Assembly (NCBI GenBank): GCA_951406725.2
Contig: OX597816.1
Location: forward strand, 112,902,001-112,966,000
Length of the DNA stretch: 64,000 nt
Reading direction: 5' to 3'
Origin: Octopus vulgaris
Taxonomy: Eukaryota
Shown here: positions 51,451 to 64,000 of the stretch, piece by piece
Layout of the letters: each line of letters starts with the position of its first letter
Position numbering within the stretch: position 1 is the stretch's first letter
Translations under genes and position numbers: made by a program
Notes under the pieces: model-generated
Told to the model about the DNA's origin: nothing
Database searches by the model: none
What the model saw: the letters and a program-made list of their open reading frames with translations, nothing else

Positions 51451-52349
51451 TATTCCTCTTCCCATTTGGAAGAATATCTTGCACATATTGAACACACTCA
51501 TCCATATCTAATAATTTGGTTTATTACCAGTAAAATTTAGCTTTTCTGACATCCTAATATTTTTATCACTTTCAGTGTTATCTTCTTTTCTGCTTGTGAA
51601 TTCTACCTTTTCACAAAAATGTAAAGAAGGAAATGCACATCTTTATAGGATAGGATGGTAATTCATTTGTACATTCTAAAAACAATTATAAACATAGCTC
51701 ACAAAAATGAAAAATGAGATATCATTAGTTATCACATCATCTAAAAGAAGCAAAATTCTTAGTATTTTCCAAATGAATAAGGCAGAAAAAGAGAGAGAGA
51801 GAGAGATACTTAAAAACTAGGCCACATCTCCCTCTAGCAAGCTATTGTCAGCTTTGAGTTTATAACCTAATTTCATGAGACATAACTTTGCTCTGAATAC
51901 CATTTTGGATTTTTGTTTCCCCCTTTTTTTCTTTTTTTTTTTCCATGACCCCATTGTTTCAGCAATCAAACTGAATTTATATACTACAGTTCCATTAATT
52001 CATCGTAATCCAGAATAACCAGCTGCAAGGCAAAAGATTTACATTAATGTTTTGAAATATACTTTTGTTCATTTATCAATTTCTAAATATTTTGACTTAC
52101 TTCAAGAAAGTGTGAGCATATACATTTAACTATATTCACGAATCTTTGCTCACAAAAATATTCATTTATATTCACTCTCTTACCTTCTGTCAATCTCCAT
52201 TTACATGCTTTTTTCACTGTATCTTAAACAGATTTGTCTTCAAGTGTACTATTGTTTTGAAAGCGGTTTAAACCCAATTACTCTTTTGGGGGCCAGTGAT
52301 GATGTTGATAAAAGAACATTTACTAAACATCTATTATCTTCTTCTGTAG

Positions 52350-53560
52350 TATTTTGATAAATTGGAATTTGTGATAGAAAATGACTTTGTTAGATGAATT
52401 ACAAGAACAGTGACTATCTTATTAGTATCTTATTGTCAGACCAATGGTTGGATAAAATTCTATGAATATTTCTCAGATTAGCTAATATGGTGAGAGTAAA
52501 TATATTAAATGTGTGAGCAATATCCAGCTAAAATTATCTTTTGGCATTAGGAAGGAAACCTGGCACTCATGAATCTATGTCATCTCTTGGCACATTATTG
52601 CTGATCATAAAATGTAAGGATGTATGAGATTATGTAAACAAAGGAAGAAATAATAAGATCTTGTTTCTTCAGTTGACATTAAAAGAGCCTAACATTATCT
52701 AGTACTTATTGTAAGATGTTTTAGAGGATATGTAAGCTTGGTGACAAGCGTCAAGAAGATCACAATACCTGTGTGCATTGATCAAAAAGAATTGCAGGTG
52801 ATGTCATTAACAAGAATGTGTGTTTAACTGGAGATTGTGCACAATAAATAGGTCATTTATATAGAAAACATAGACAGATAACTAAGATGTTTTTCTTAAT
52901 TGATGAGGTGTAAATTAAAGTGAGTATTTTCAATAGTTATTGGAGTGTAGAACCTTCTACAGACACTTCCATCCCAGTTAGGTTTTAGTGGATCCCATCA
53001 TAGACAATTTCTAAAAGGAATTTCTTATACCAGACATGATTGATAGTTTTGTTAATGTCATTGTGACAAATAGGCTCTTGCTGAGGACATGATTTACTGT
53101 GTCTGTATGATGCATAGGCATTTTATATCCATGTAATCTGGTTTTACAGAATTTGAACTAGTGGTTGCTGAACAGGGAAAATGAGTCCAAGAACAATCAT
53201 GTAAGATGACGTCATCAGCTTAGATGTGTGGAATTTGAGGAGAATTGTCTAGTTGTTGGCAGAATGTGAAAGTTTATCATTCTTGAGAAATGAAACACAA
53301 AGTTTGACATTTCCATATATTTTATATATTCCCTTATTTTTTATTTGGCAGATGAATTCAAAGGGAAAACTACAATTCACAAATTACTGATAATTGCTCA
53401 TGTGAGTTGCGCAGGCAGAAATTAGTTGTTGTACATAGGGCACTTGAAATCTTTTGCTTACTGGGGAACCAACTTCATTCTGTGAAAGAAGGAGACAGAG
53501 CAACTCCTCAAAGTATTGCCAAATGATTTGGGCCCCTGTTCTATCTATCTTTATACTCTT
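52350..53560 (-). mobile_element. Highly degenerate CR1/Jockey-like LINE RT remnant
   Basis: Minus strand DINKTINHVWYKKFLLEI (cf. DISKAFDRVWH.GLL.KL), then FYINDLF and a decayed FADD-position segment in the expected order. Confidence 0.55.
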
Positions 53561-56519
53561 TTCCTTTTGATAATTAGAGACACTATGTAAAGGAAGCAGT
53601 ACATCAAATGACTGTTCTTTTCAAACTAGGACATTTAAATGGTAAATTTTGGGAAAAGCACCCAAGTAATTGAATATGATGTTAAACCAGGTTGAACATT
53701 AGATCTATAAGTAACAAATATTATTTTAAGTGTGCAGACTGTTTATACTGGACCAATACTAGAAAGGTTGTTTTACAGAATCTAAAGCCTAATCTACTTC
53801 TGGTCATTTGCAATTTGGAGTTATCAAGGCTTTTCATTTTTTAACTATGGTTAAAGAAACTATATCCTCCCAAGGCTGGCTTTTCTTATAGTTGTTTGCA
53901 TGCTTGAAAGGCTAACAGAAATAGACAGCTAGATAGGAAGAGAGATGAAAGTGAAAATTGAGAGTATAAATTAACAGGAAAAAGGCAACAGGTTTAAGCA
54001 GATTGCATATGAACTGAGGAAGTAAATCTGTCAGTGAAAAATTTTATTAGTAGAAAAAATAAATGATACAAAGAGGTGGAAGTAGTTTGTAATCTAAGAG
54101 AAACCAAGATTAAAATAAAGGTTGTAAACTAAGGTGTGGTTGTTGGTTGTGTGTTCCAAGTGGGGAGAGTGTGGATTATCAACATGTGTTTTGGTTAGTT
54201 AGATATTTTAACTAAAAGAAAATAAAATATCTAACCATTAATCTTTAAAACGGTGAACAGATATGAAGCCAAAACAAAATTGAGTGAGGTGAAAAGGTTA
54301 GTAGGGTAGCAACAGAAGAGATGAATGACTACAGAGAATGGGTATAGATAAAGAGAAACCATCTGGACAGATAAACAGATAAAAAAAAAAAAGACAGAAC
54401 CCACCCCATTTCAGTCCAAGTTATATGAATGCTTTCTGATGCTTGGATTAAAAGTAAAGAAAAGTGATTAAAAGATATTTTTGGAAGAGGCAAAAATCTG
54501 TATTGTTGCAGCAAAGGAGGATTAAGAGCTTACATGTGCATTGAACAAAGACAGTTTTTGTTCCTTGGTTGGACATCTTGCTTTAAATATCTTTGCATAT
54601 GAATTGGTCCTAATTGGTATCAGTTTGAAATTCCTTCCAGGTATTGCAGGCTGTGCCTTATATTGGTAGAGCTGTAGAAATCGATAGCTGCAGCACAGTA
54701 TGGAAATTTTTGACTTATGAAATTTAGTAATTTGTTGCATATAGAATCACATTCCTATTGTTTCTTTTGCTTATTTGGTTCACTTGCAGGCAAGAAAGGG
54801 ATAGAATGTGCAGATAGTAATGTGTTACATACAGAAACACGTGCGTAAGAATATTGTTCCTGTTGCTTATTTGGCTCTCTCACAGACAAGGAAGAGAGAG
54901 AATAAACAGCATTTATTACTTTTAGAGTTATCATACAAGCTTGCAGTACCCTGTTGTGAGAAAATTTTCATGGAGACTAAGGTGGATTATGACCCTTAGT
55001 GGTGATGCCTTAAATTTGGGTGGTAGCTTCTTCATTTGGCAGATGTTACATTCTGATATGACTGCTTTAAAACATTTTGTAATTTCAAAAACACAGTATT
55101 TAAATATACTTGATGCTGTTGCAAATATTTAGTTGTTCCTAAAATAAAATAAAATAATGCTCTATAAAACAACAAAATGAAATAACATTATTTCCCTCTA
55201 TAATTACAACAGCCACTTTCTAGAATTACTTTAAACAAAGATCAATTTAGTCAGTGTCTGCAGTGGTTTAACAATAAAATCTCTTTTGTTGTCCCCAATC
55301 AACCATTATTTTCCTTCCTTTTTTCTTCATTATTTTTTCCACTTCCCCTTGCTGTAACAGCTCATTTGTCATCTCATCAACTTAATTCCTAACTCCTTAC
55401 TTCCCTTTCACACTAGACTTTCTATTTACAGGTTTCCCATTTTGTATATCTGACATTCTTTCACTACTGCTATTGCTTCCACTTTGCATAACTTTACATT
55501 CTAGTGTGGTTTCTCTTTCTATCTTTTCACTTCCTTCACTGTAAACCAATTGGCACTAACACAGTTTCCTATTTTAAATACTCACCTCTCTTAAGGAATT
55601 GCATGATGACCTACTGTCTATGCTCAAAAGGAATTAAGTTATATGTCAGTCATTCTGCTATCTAAAAGAACCTTTGCTTAAATCCCACACAGAACAGGAA
55701 ATTCCCTACTTCCGTGTGTCTTCTATCTGGTTAACATTTAAGGCTGATTACTTATAATCTCTTCCACTATATTTTTTCTAATTTAAACAACTTTTAACTT
55801 CAGAGTTGAGCAGAAAATATCTTGTCGACTAACATGACACTGAAATTTCAGGTCATATCCTGATAGTTAAAATTGCTTTTGTTTACTTATATATGTATAC
55901 ATATATTTTTGAAATATATTTTTCGCTTTGTACCTTCAAATTATAGTATTGATTTCTTATGAATAGACATCTTTCAAGGGAGGAGTTTTAGTCAAATTAA
56001 TAACTCCCTTGGATATTACCAGAACTGATTTTATCAACTTTGAGGGGATAAAAGTCAAAGGTGATTAAATAATATAAGGCTATATGGTTTAGTGCACTAT
56101 CATTTCGATCAGCTTATGACCTTAATGGAAAGAGTAATATTGAAAACCAATATTTTTCAGCATCAATATTTACAAGTGTGCTATTTGTACTGATTGATTG
56201 ATGTTATCATATAATAATATACATTATTTTTAATACAAATAATATATCTAGTGATGTAAATGCTGTGTGATGCCCAGATATACAGCGCAGGATAGTTTCC
56301 AATTTAGAGATTTTATTTGATATTGTCTTTTTTTATATAATTTCATTTACATCTCAGTGGCATTATAAAAATATAAGTTGACCCTAGTACTTGACTGGTA
56401 TTTCATTTCATCACCCCTGGGAGGATGAAAGTCAGACTTGATGTTTCAGGGATATTTGATCTCAGAACATAAAAGGGTTGTAACTGAATACCATTCTTGT
56501 TTGGTATATTCTAAGGAAT

Positions 56520-56752
56520 AAGGCGGTGAGCTGGCAGAATCGTTAGTACACTGGATGAAATGCTTAGTGGTATTTCATCTGCCGCTACAGTCTGAGTTCA
56601 AATTCCGCTGAGGCCGACTTTGCCTTTCATCCTTTCGGGGTCAATTAAATAAGTACCAGTTATGCACTGGGGTGGACATAACCGACTTAATCCGCTTGTC
56701 TGTCCTTGTTTGTCCCCTCTGTGTTTAGTCCCTTGTGGGTGGTAAAGAAATA
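56520..56752 (+). mobile_element. SINE family B, full length with 17-bp TSD
   Basis: ggtatattctaaggaat at 56503-56519 and 56753-56769; central gcctttcatcctttcggggtc...aagtaccag domain. Confidence 0.92.
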
Positions 56753-57404
56753 GGTATATTCTAAGGAATCAGCTTTATAAAATTATGGTATTGAAGAGAT
56801 TTTTTTTCCAGCTGTCTTTTACCATTTTTCTCACATAGAATACATTTCATGCAGGCATCTATTTTCCACTATTGATTTTTAAAAAAAAAAAGCATGTCAT
56901 TCTGAACTAAAGGTGCCTTTTCATTGTATAAATCCTTGAAGCAGCTGGGTAATGTTATGTTGAGAAAAAAATTGACTTTAGAGCTTAACTTAAATGTATT
57001 TACATTTTATCCTCTCAAGGGATTAATGTTGATAATGAATTAATTGTGAATATTTAATGAAGATGATATTTAGCAAGCAGCAATTATAGACTTAGGGCAC
57101 CATAATTAATATTAGAAGAACCAATTTAAGACTGAGAAAAAGAAACAAAACCTACTGACAGTACTCAAGGGTTATATCTATCACTTGATATGCAAACGGT
57201 TGAGTGATCAGTAATACAAGTACTAAGCAAGCAGTAGATACAGGATTTGAATTCTGTCTATAGGGTTGTTCTCTTTTTTATTTCATAAGTTTGCTTCAAC
57301 TTTTTAATGGGCAAAGTTATCATTTTATCATTTTCTATTTGAAAATTATTAAACCTTTGATTATCAGTGGAACTACTAGCCTCAACATACCTATTACTCC
57401 TAAC

Positions 57405-57795
57405 AGTGGAGGCGCAATAGCCCAGTGGTTAGGGCAGCGGACTCGCGGTCATAGGATCGCGGTTTCGATTCCCAGACCGGGTGTTGTGAGTGTTTATTGA
57501 GCGAAAACACCTAAAAGCTCCACGAGGCTCTGGCAGGGGATGGTGGTGATCCCTGCTGTACTCTTTCACCACAACTTTCTCTCTCTCTTACTTCCTGTTT
57601 CTGTTGTACCTGTATTTCAAGGGGCCGGCCTTGTCACTCTCTGTGTCATGCTGAATATCCCCGAGAACTACATTAAGGGTACACGTGTCTGTGGAGTGCT
57701 CAGCCACTTACATGTTAATTTCACGAGCTGGCTGTTCCGTTGATTCGGATCAACCGGAACCCTCATCGTCGTAACTGACGGAGTGCTTCCATCCC
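57405..57795 (+). mobile_element. Young tRNA-derived SINE family E (tRNA-Arg-like head) with 12-bp TSD
   Basis: Box A tagcccagtgg, box B ggtttcgattccc; attactcctaac at 57393-57404 and 57796-57807. Confidence 0.9.
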
Positions 57796-58156
57796 ATTAC
57801 TCCTAACTTATAGAGGCACCATCACACCATCAGAGAAAATTGTGTATCAATTTGGAAAGTAACATGTAGACATTTATTCATTAGTAGAAATAGCATATGA
57901 ACATTATGATTAAGTTACAAGTCAGAATGGATGTTCTTGCTTGTCACCATGTCAGCCCTGATCAACTGTAGTTCAGAGATAGCTAATTTTTTTTTTGCTT
58001 TAGGTTTGACTTGTAGCATCATTAATAATGACCATAATGACAATTCATTATGGATAAAAACAGAAACACAGGAAAGCATTAGCATTAATAGTTTTTTCCA
58101 TTTGTTACTTTGTGTGTGTTGTTCAGACTGTGGAGGGTTTGACGTATATATATATA

Positions 58157-58880
58157 ACCCAGGAAAACCTGGGACGAGGTGGTGAAGCACGACCTTCGAA
58201 CTTTAGGTCTCACTGAGGAAATGACTAGAGACCGAGACCTCTGGAAGTGTGCTGTGCGCGAGAAGACCCGGCAGGACAAGTGAGTCCACAACCCGTGGCC
58301 TTCTACATGGGATGGAGCCAGCCTACGTATGCATACCTTCCCTTCTTGGGACACAAAACTCTACTTGTGAAGACGTGTTGAGGCAAGTGAGGATCAGAAT
58401 CGAAATCGATCAATGGAAATTGCGGATGTGCTACCAGTGCCGGTGGCATGTCGAAACTCTGCTTGTGAAGACCCATTGAGGCAAGTGAGGATCAGAATCG
58501 AAATCGATCAATGGAAATCGATCAATGGAAATTGCAGATGTGTTACCAGTGCCGGTGGCATGTAAGAGAACTTTCCGTTTCGCGACCGTTGCCAGCACCG
58601 ACCCGTTTCGTGTCCGTTGCCAACCTCGCCTGGCCCTCGTGCCGGTGGCACATAAAAAGCACCATCCGTTCGTGGCCGTTTGCCAGCTCTGTCTGGCACC
58701 AGTGCGGGTGGCACGTAAAAAGCACCCACTACACTCACGGAGTGGTTGGCGTTAGGAAGGGCATCCAGCCGTAGAAACACTGCCAGATTTGACTGGGCCT
58801 GATGAAGCCTTCTGGCTTCACAGACCCCAGCAGAACCGTCCAACCCATGCTAGCATGGAAAACGGACGCTAAATGATGAT
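58157..58880 (+). mobile_element. Young RTE LINE 3' end with internally duplicated 3' UTR
   Basis: PRKTWDEVVKHDLRTLGLTEEMTRDRDLWKCAVREKTRQDK*; ~97-bp tandem duplication within 58357-58563; (GAT)n tail. Confidence 0.9.
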
Positions 58881-58891
58881 ATATATATGAT

Positions 58892-59195
58892 AGGCACAGA
58901 CATGGATGTGTGATAAAAAGCTTGCTTCCCAACCATATGGTTCTGGGTTCAGTCCCATTGCATGAGACCTTAGGCAAGTGTCTTCTACTATAGCCTAGAT
59001 GGAAACTGAAAGAAGCCCATTATGTGTCTGTGTATGCCTCTGTGTTGGTGTTTGACTCCCCACCATTGCTTGACAACCAGTGTTGGTGTGTTTATGTTAC
59101 TGTAACTTAACAGTTTGGTAAAAAAATATCTTCAAAGCAATGCCCCAGCATGGGCGCAGTCTAATGACTAAAACAAGTAAAAGATAAAAGATAGA
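58892..59195 (+). mobile_element. SINE family A with internal deletions
   Basis: Family A head and tail. Confidence 0.85.
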
Positions 59196-59935
59196 AGATA
59201 GAGCCACATTATTGAATGTGACATATTTTATTACTTTTCAAGAGAGTAGGGTATGACAAGAGGGAAATTGACTGCTATTTCTAGCCACTCAAGCAGCCAC
59301 ATAGCATCTTCTATTGCTTTGAATTAGTTATGTTCAATTTTCAGTATGCAACATATCAATTATTTTTATTGAGTACAAGTGTTTTCAATGGATAAATAAA
59401 GATTTGTATGGTTTTGCTTTGGTGGATTGAGAACTTTCATTTTATAAAATGTGGAATATGGACATTAAATGATGATGAGCATCATCATCATTTAACATCC
59501 ATTTTTCATGTTGATATGGGTTGGACAGTTTGATGGAATCTGGTGCGCCAGAGAGCCACATCAAGCTCAGATGTCAGCTTTGGCATGGTTTCAATGGCTG
59601 GATGCCTTTCCAAATGCCAACCACCTTACAGAGTGTGCTGGGTTAATTTGTTGTGCTCCATGACACCAGTGAGGTCAATATGTGCATGTGTGTGTGTGTA
59701 TCTGTATAGATACCTGTACTCAATATACATTGAAAACACCTGTACTCAATAAAAATAATTCATATGTTGCATACTAAAAATTGAACATACCTTAACCAAC
59801 CCAAAGTAATACAAGATGTGGCTGCTTGAGTGGCTAGAAATAGCAGTCAATTTCCCTCTTGCCATACCCTACTAACTTCAAAAGTGATAAAATTTGTCAC
59901 ATTGAAGAATGTGGTTCTATCTTTTATCTCTTACT
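59176..59935. repeat. Local inverted duplication, arms 59176-59390 and 59728-59935
   Basis: Arms are reverse complements, including an identical run caagagggaaattgactgctatttctagccactcaagcagccacat. Confidence 0.9.
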
Positions 59936-61136
59936 AATACTTTTGGCCAAGGCTGTATATATATATGTATGTACATAGGAAAATTTCACAGGAGTAAATT
60001 GATATTAAAAACAAAAATAGAAAATGCTTTGAGAACTTAATCAAGAGTAAAAGAAAGGAAATATTTACATTTTAATCATAATATTATAGAAGTTCCAACT
60101 GTTTATGACAATTTTGTCATGCAGTGCCTAAATAGTCTTAATTGAATTGAAACCAATTGCATATTTTAATAAAAATGTAAATATTTTCCTCATTTTATAT
60201 ACAATAGTTCTCAAATTTTTCTTGTTTTGTTTTTAATATATAAGAATATGCTCTGCTGTACCTTGCAGTATGAACCAGGAGGGAAAAAAGCCATGAACTC
60301 ATCACCAGATGATTTATTGGAAGTTATAGAAAGATTTTGTTGTCTGTGTTACCTAATTAGTTCAGAAATTATGATACCTCTTAGTATCTAACATACAAAG
60401 TGAGTTAATTTAGAACTGCTTCCCTTATTGATGACAAAAATATTTGTCTCCTTGTGCAAATAAATCCTTTTACAGTGTGTGTCAGAAGTGTTATGCCATT
60501 GAGCATAAAATGTGCAATACAAATATAGTGATTATAGAAAATGTGTGTCAGGAGATACAAATGAATTGAGAAAATAACCACATATCAAAAGCATTGACTA
60601 ATTTATGTAAATAGCTGGTTGCACTGGTAAAAGTTATGTGATGCAAATGGATGATCTATGTTCCGTGACAGATTATCATGAAATAATAATCAAAACTTAG
60701 AAGCTAAAAGGCCAGAATGTACTGCAATGATGAGCTGATGCAATGTCACTAAGTAGTACTTGATAGCATAAGAGAGTGGACATTATATTGATAAGTAGAT
60801 AGTAAATATTTATTTTGCTAGGTTGGATTTGTTGCATTATTAATGGTGGTCTTATGTAAGTCATTACGGATAAAAGCTAAACCGTAAGAAACTATAGCAT
60901 GAACTAATCATTTTTATATTTATTACTTTCTTTTTGTTTTTGTTTTCCTTGTTTCAATATAATTTTAACTGAAGTTAATGGACAATTCAGTGTTAAAGGT
61001 TTTATATATTTCATTATATACATGTAAAACTTATAAGAGAATGAACCGTCATTGACACGGTCATTTATGTGTGCGTTTATGTGTGTGTGTGTGTGGTAGG
61101 CAGGTGTTGGTGTGTGTATGCATTTATGTGTTTAAG

Positions 61137-61176
<40 letters not shown>

Positions 61177-61182
<6 letters not shown>

Positions 61183-61292
61183 ATCCAAACAAGAAAACAC
61201 AGAAAAAAAGAGAAAAAAAAGGGAAAAAACACAGCAACGCAGGACGTGGAACAATTAAAGTATTATTGATGCTCAGGAAAGAAGGGAAGGAA
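61177..61292 (-). mobile_element. Penelope-like pLTR 3' fragment between (TA)n tracts
   Basis: Reverse complement of 12560-12655. Confidence 0.7.
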
Positions 61293-61577
61293 TATATATA
61301 TATATGCACTCATGCACACATATATATGGATGGACAGATAGGCAAGCACTGGCATTATTGTGTAATTAAGAAGTTCATTTCAGAGTTATGTGGTAGTGCT
61401 GGCTGATGTCTTGTACTATGGCCATAGGCTAACCAATGGTCTGTGAGTGAATTGGTGGACAGAGAGTGTAAGACCTGCCATGCATGTGTGTATGTATGTT
61501 TGTTTTTATGTTCAGTTATAAAAACAATTTTGCATTAATCTGCTGATGGGTCACTATAATATTATTGAGTAAAATTT

Positions 61578-61692
61578 TATTATTCTTCACCAAGAATGTT
61601 GTTGAGAGTGAATTCAAAGTTTCAGCCAGCTAAGTCTTTGTTGTTCAAAACTTCAAAGTCACTGTCAACAATATTATTGCTTAAGAATAATA
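61578..61692. repeat. Second, centre-deleted copy of the palindromic hammerhead element
   Basis: Arms caagaat.ttgttga.agt.a.ttcaaagtttcagccag and aaacttc..agt.ac.gtcaaca match 4419-4553. Confidence 0.65.
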
Positions 61693-62611
61693 TATATATA
61701 TCACTATATCAACCAGACTATTAGATGTTGCTATGTTGTTATACACTGCTGGCCACAATGCACTTCCTCACATTGTTTTAGCTTTCAATTGATGCTACCC
61801 TGCTAGCCTGGCAGGCCGAGCCATGTGTGTGTATGTGTCTGTGTATCTGTACACACACACACACACATGTATATGCATGCTGAATAAATAAAAAAAAACA
61901 TACCTGACTATTGATTTGTTAAGTGTTCAAAGAACTAGAGAAAATATTATTTTGCTTCGAAGCAGGTGATAGCTGGTACCAGAAAGATCGTCCAGACACT
62001 TTTTGACTGACCCATGCTAGCATTGAAAACTCAATGTTAAAATAATGTTGACGATATATATATATGTGTGTATATGTATGTGTATGTGTATGTATGTTCC
62101 TATATATAATATACACGTGTGTGTGTGTATTCACATCTTTGAAAAATAAAACTTTTCGGGGAACGTTCCAATCAAAGTATACTTTCTATACTAATGTCTC
62201 AGTTTGTTTGACCCCTTTACCTTCATTTATGGTTTATTTGCTTTTTCTTCACCCTAATCAGTGATATTAGTTCAAATTATGTAAGGCTGCATGAACTTCT
62301 TTCCCTATAATATAAACTCTTGTGGTTGTTAAAACAGTAAGGTGTATCATTTGTCAGTTCCCTCCCTACCTTCAGTCCAATTTTACTGTTTTTATGTACC
62401 GAAACACATTCATGTCCTTTGGTGAAAGAAAAACATCGTATTTAGATCTAGCTTCTGTTTTTATAATGGCATGGCATGATGTAGAAAATAGCAGCTGGGG
62501 TGGATTTATGCAGAGTAATAGGGTGGTAATGAAACTTCTCTTATCATTTATCTGACAAGTAAAGCAAAGCAACAAATAGCCTGGTGGATCATGAGACACA
62601 CACGCATACAT

Positions 62612-62648
<37 letters not shown>

Positions 62649-63384
62649 AACACACTCACGCACTCTCTCTCTTTTCTTCTCTTTTTTCTTTTCACTGTTC
62701 TTTTTCCATTTCTCTTACCCCTTCTCTTTTTCTTTCTGTCCCTCTCCCCCTCCCCTTATGTGTGTGTGTGTATGTGTGTGTGTATTATCATCACCATCAC
62801 TTATTGTCCATGCTCCAGGCTGGCATGGTTTCGATGGTTTGACCAGTCGAAATAGGTTCAAAGTCTGCAGTGTACTCCAGTGTCTGCTTTGGCATGGTTC
62901 TGTTATGATTGGATGTCCTTCCTGTCATCAACCACTTTACAGCATATGTGTATGTATACGCACACAGACGCACATACGCACACCCGCAAACTGAAATGCT
63001 GCCTTCTGACTTCTAATCTAGCTCCTGCAGAAAGCTGTTGGGCCACCTTCAGCTTCAGTTAAGTACATGCAATTGGAGAATCTATAAGGAAAGACACGAG
63101 ATAATATCTATAATTCTTTATTTGCATAAATATATTTAACAAGCAATAATCTGTCATGTTCAAACATTATCAAACTTTTTTTTGGAGCCTTAATACCACT
63201 GATTTTTAATGAACTTCCAATTTGACCAGAGTATGTCGATTCAAAACTTCACTGGATCCTTTCTCGCTCCTTTTGTTGGAATGCACGATATTTTGCTATT
63301 CTGACTTTTCAGCCCCCCCTCCTCCCATTATGTCATTTCTTCTCACTTTGTTTTGCTACCTTTTGATCATGGTGTAGATATCAT

Positions 63385-63761
63385 TTATCTTTTGTTTCTT
63401 TCAGTCATTAGACTGTGGTCATGCTGGAGCACTGCCTTAAGGAATTCTTAGTCAAATGTATCAACCCCAGTACTTATTTTTTAAAACTTGGTACTTATTC
63501 TATTGCCAAACTTCTAAGTTACAGGGTCAGGAACACACCAGCACTGATTGTCAAGCAGTGATGTTGAGACAAACACACATATACACATTCATATATACGA
63601 TAGATTTCTTTCAGTTCCCATCTACCAAATCCACTCACGGGGCTTTGGTTGGCCCAGTACTATAGTAGAAAACACTTGGCCAAGGTGCCACACAGTGGGA
63701 CTGAACCCAGAACCATGCAGTTGGAAAGCACACTTTTTACCACACAGCCACGCATGCACCT
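63385..63761 (-). mobile_element. SINE family A
   Basis: Reverse complement of family A, head and tail present. Confidence 0.85.
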
Positions 63762-64000
63762 ATGTACACTTTTCTACATCATTTTAATGAAAGTAAATAC
63801 AAATTTTACCATTCCTAAATTTTAATTTGCCTTCTATAATTCATTTGAAGGAAAAGTTACGTTGATTCATGACATATAAAAGCTTTTTTTTCTTGGAGAA
63901 TGGACTCAATATGAGGAAACTGATTATAAGCTCATGTACCTTGGACTTTGTCTTGAGGTAAAGGATTTGACCAATAACAAAATAGCTGCTGTGAGGTATC

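Noticed and set aside
53351-53400. AG...GTGAGT-bounded 50-nt exon candidate
   Set aside because: Lies inside an antisense LINE remnant and is not frame-preserving
57408-57480. tRNA gene
   Set aside because: Box A/B present but no proper cloverleaf; it is the head of a TSD-flanked SINE
58430-58730. CRISPR-like repeat-spacer pattern
   Set aside because: Irregular spacing, degenerate repeats, lies in a LINE 3' UTR in eukaryotic DNA, no cas genes
60270-60392. Possible exon (YEPGGKKAMNSSPDDLLEVIERF...)
   Set aside because: No convincing donor and no recognisable homology
882-63787. ORFs in the supplied track as host genes
   Set aside because: They are short, built from microsatellite translations ([12 protein letters not shown]), SINE sequence or decayed transposon frames; no host protein recognised

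Overview
AT-rich eukaryotic DNA that is almost entirely repeats, most consistent with an octopus intronic or intergenic region (inferred from the SINE families and dense (TA)n/(CA)n/(TTA)n microsatellites). I cannot support any intact protein-coding gene; the supplied ORFs are microsatellite artefacts or decayed transposon fragments. The window holds dozens of tRNA-derived SINE copies (provisional families A, B, E) and an unclassified repeat (G). It also holds RTE, R4/Dong-like and CR1/Jockey-like LINE remnants, two mariner fossils, TTAA-flanked and Tigger-like MITEs, and Penelope-like repeats with hammerhead motifs. Most unusual: (1) a 441-bp TIR element with internal CCCTAA repeats flanked by an 85-bp direct duplication; (2) a 135-bp palindrome with back-to-back hammerhead cores, with a second copy 57 kb away; (3) a discrete ~555-bp element found twice inside (TTA)n tracts; (4) a ~210-bp-arm local inverted duplication; (5) a 168-bp local sequence copied to the 5' end of an RTE insertion. 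All alignments were done by eye, family letters are my own labels, and boundaries of degenerate repeats are approximate.
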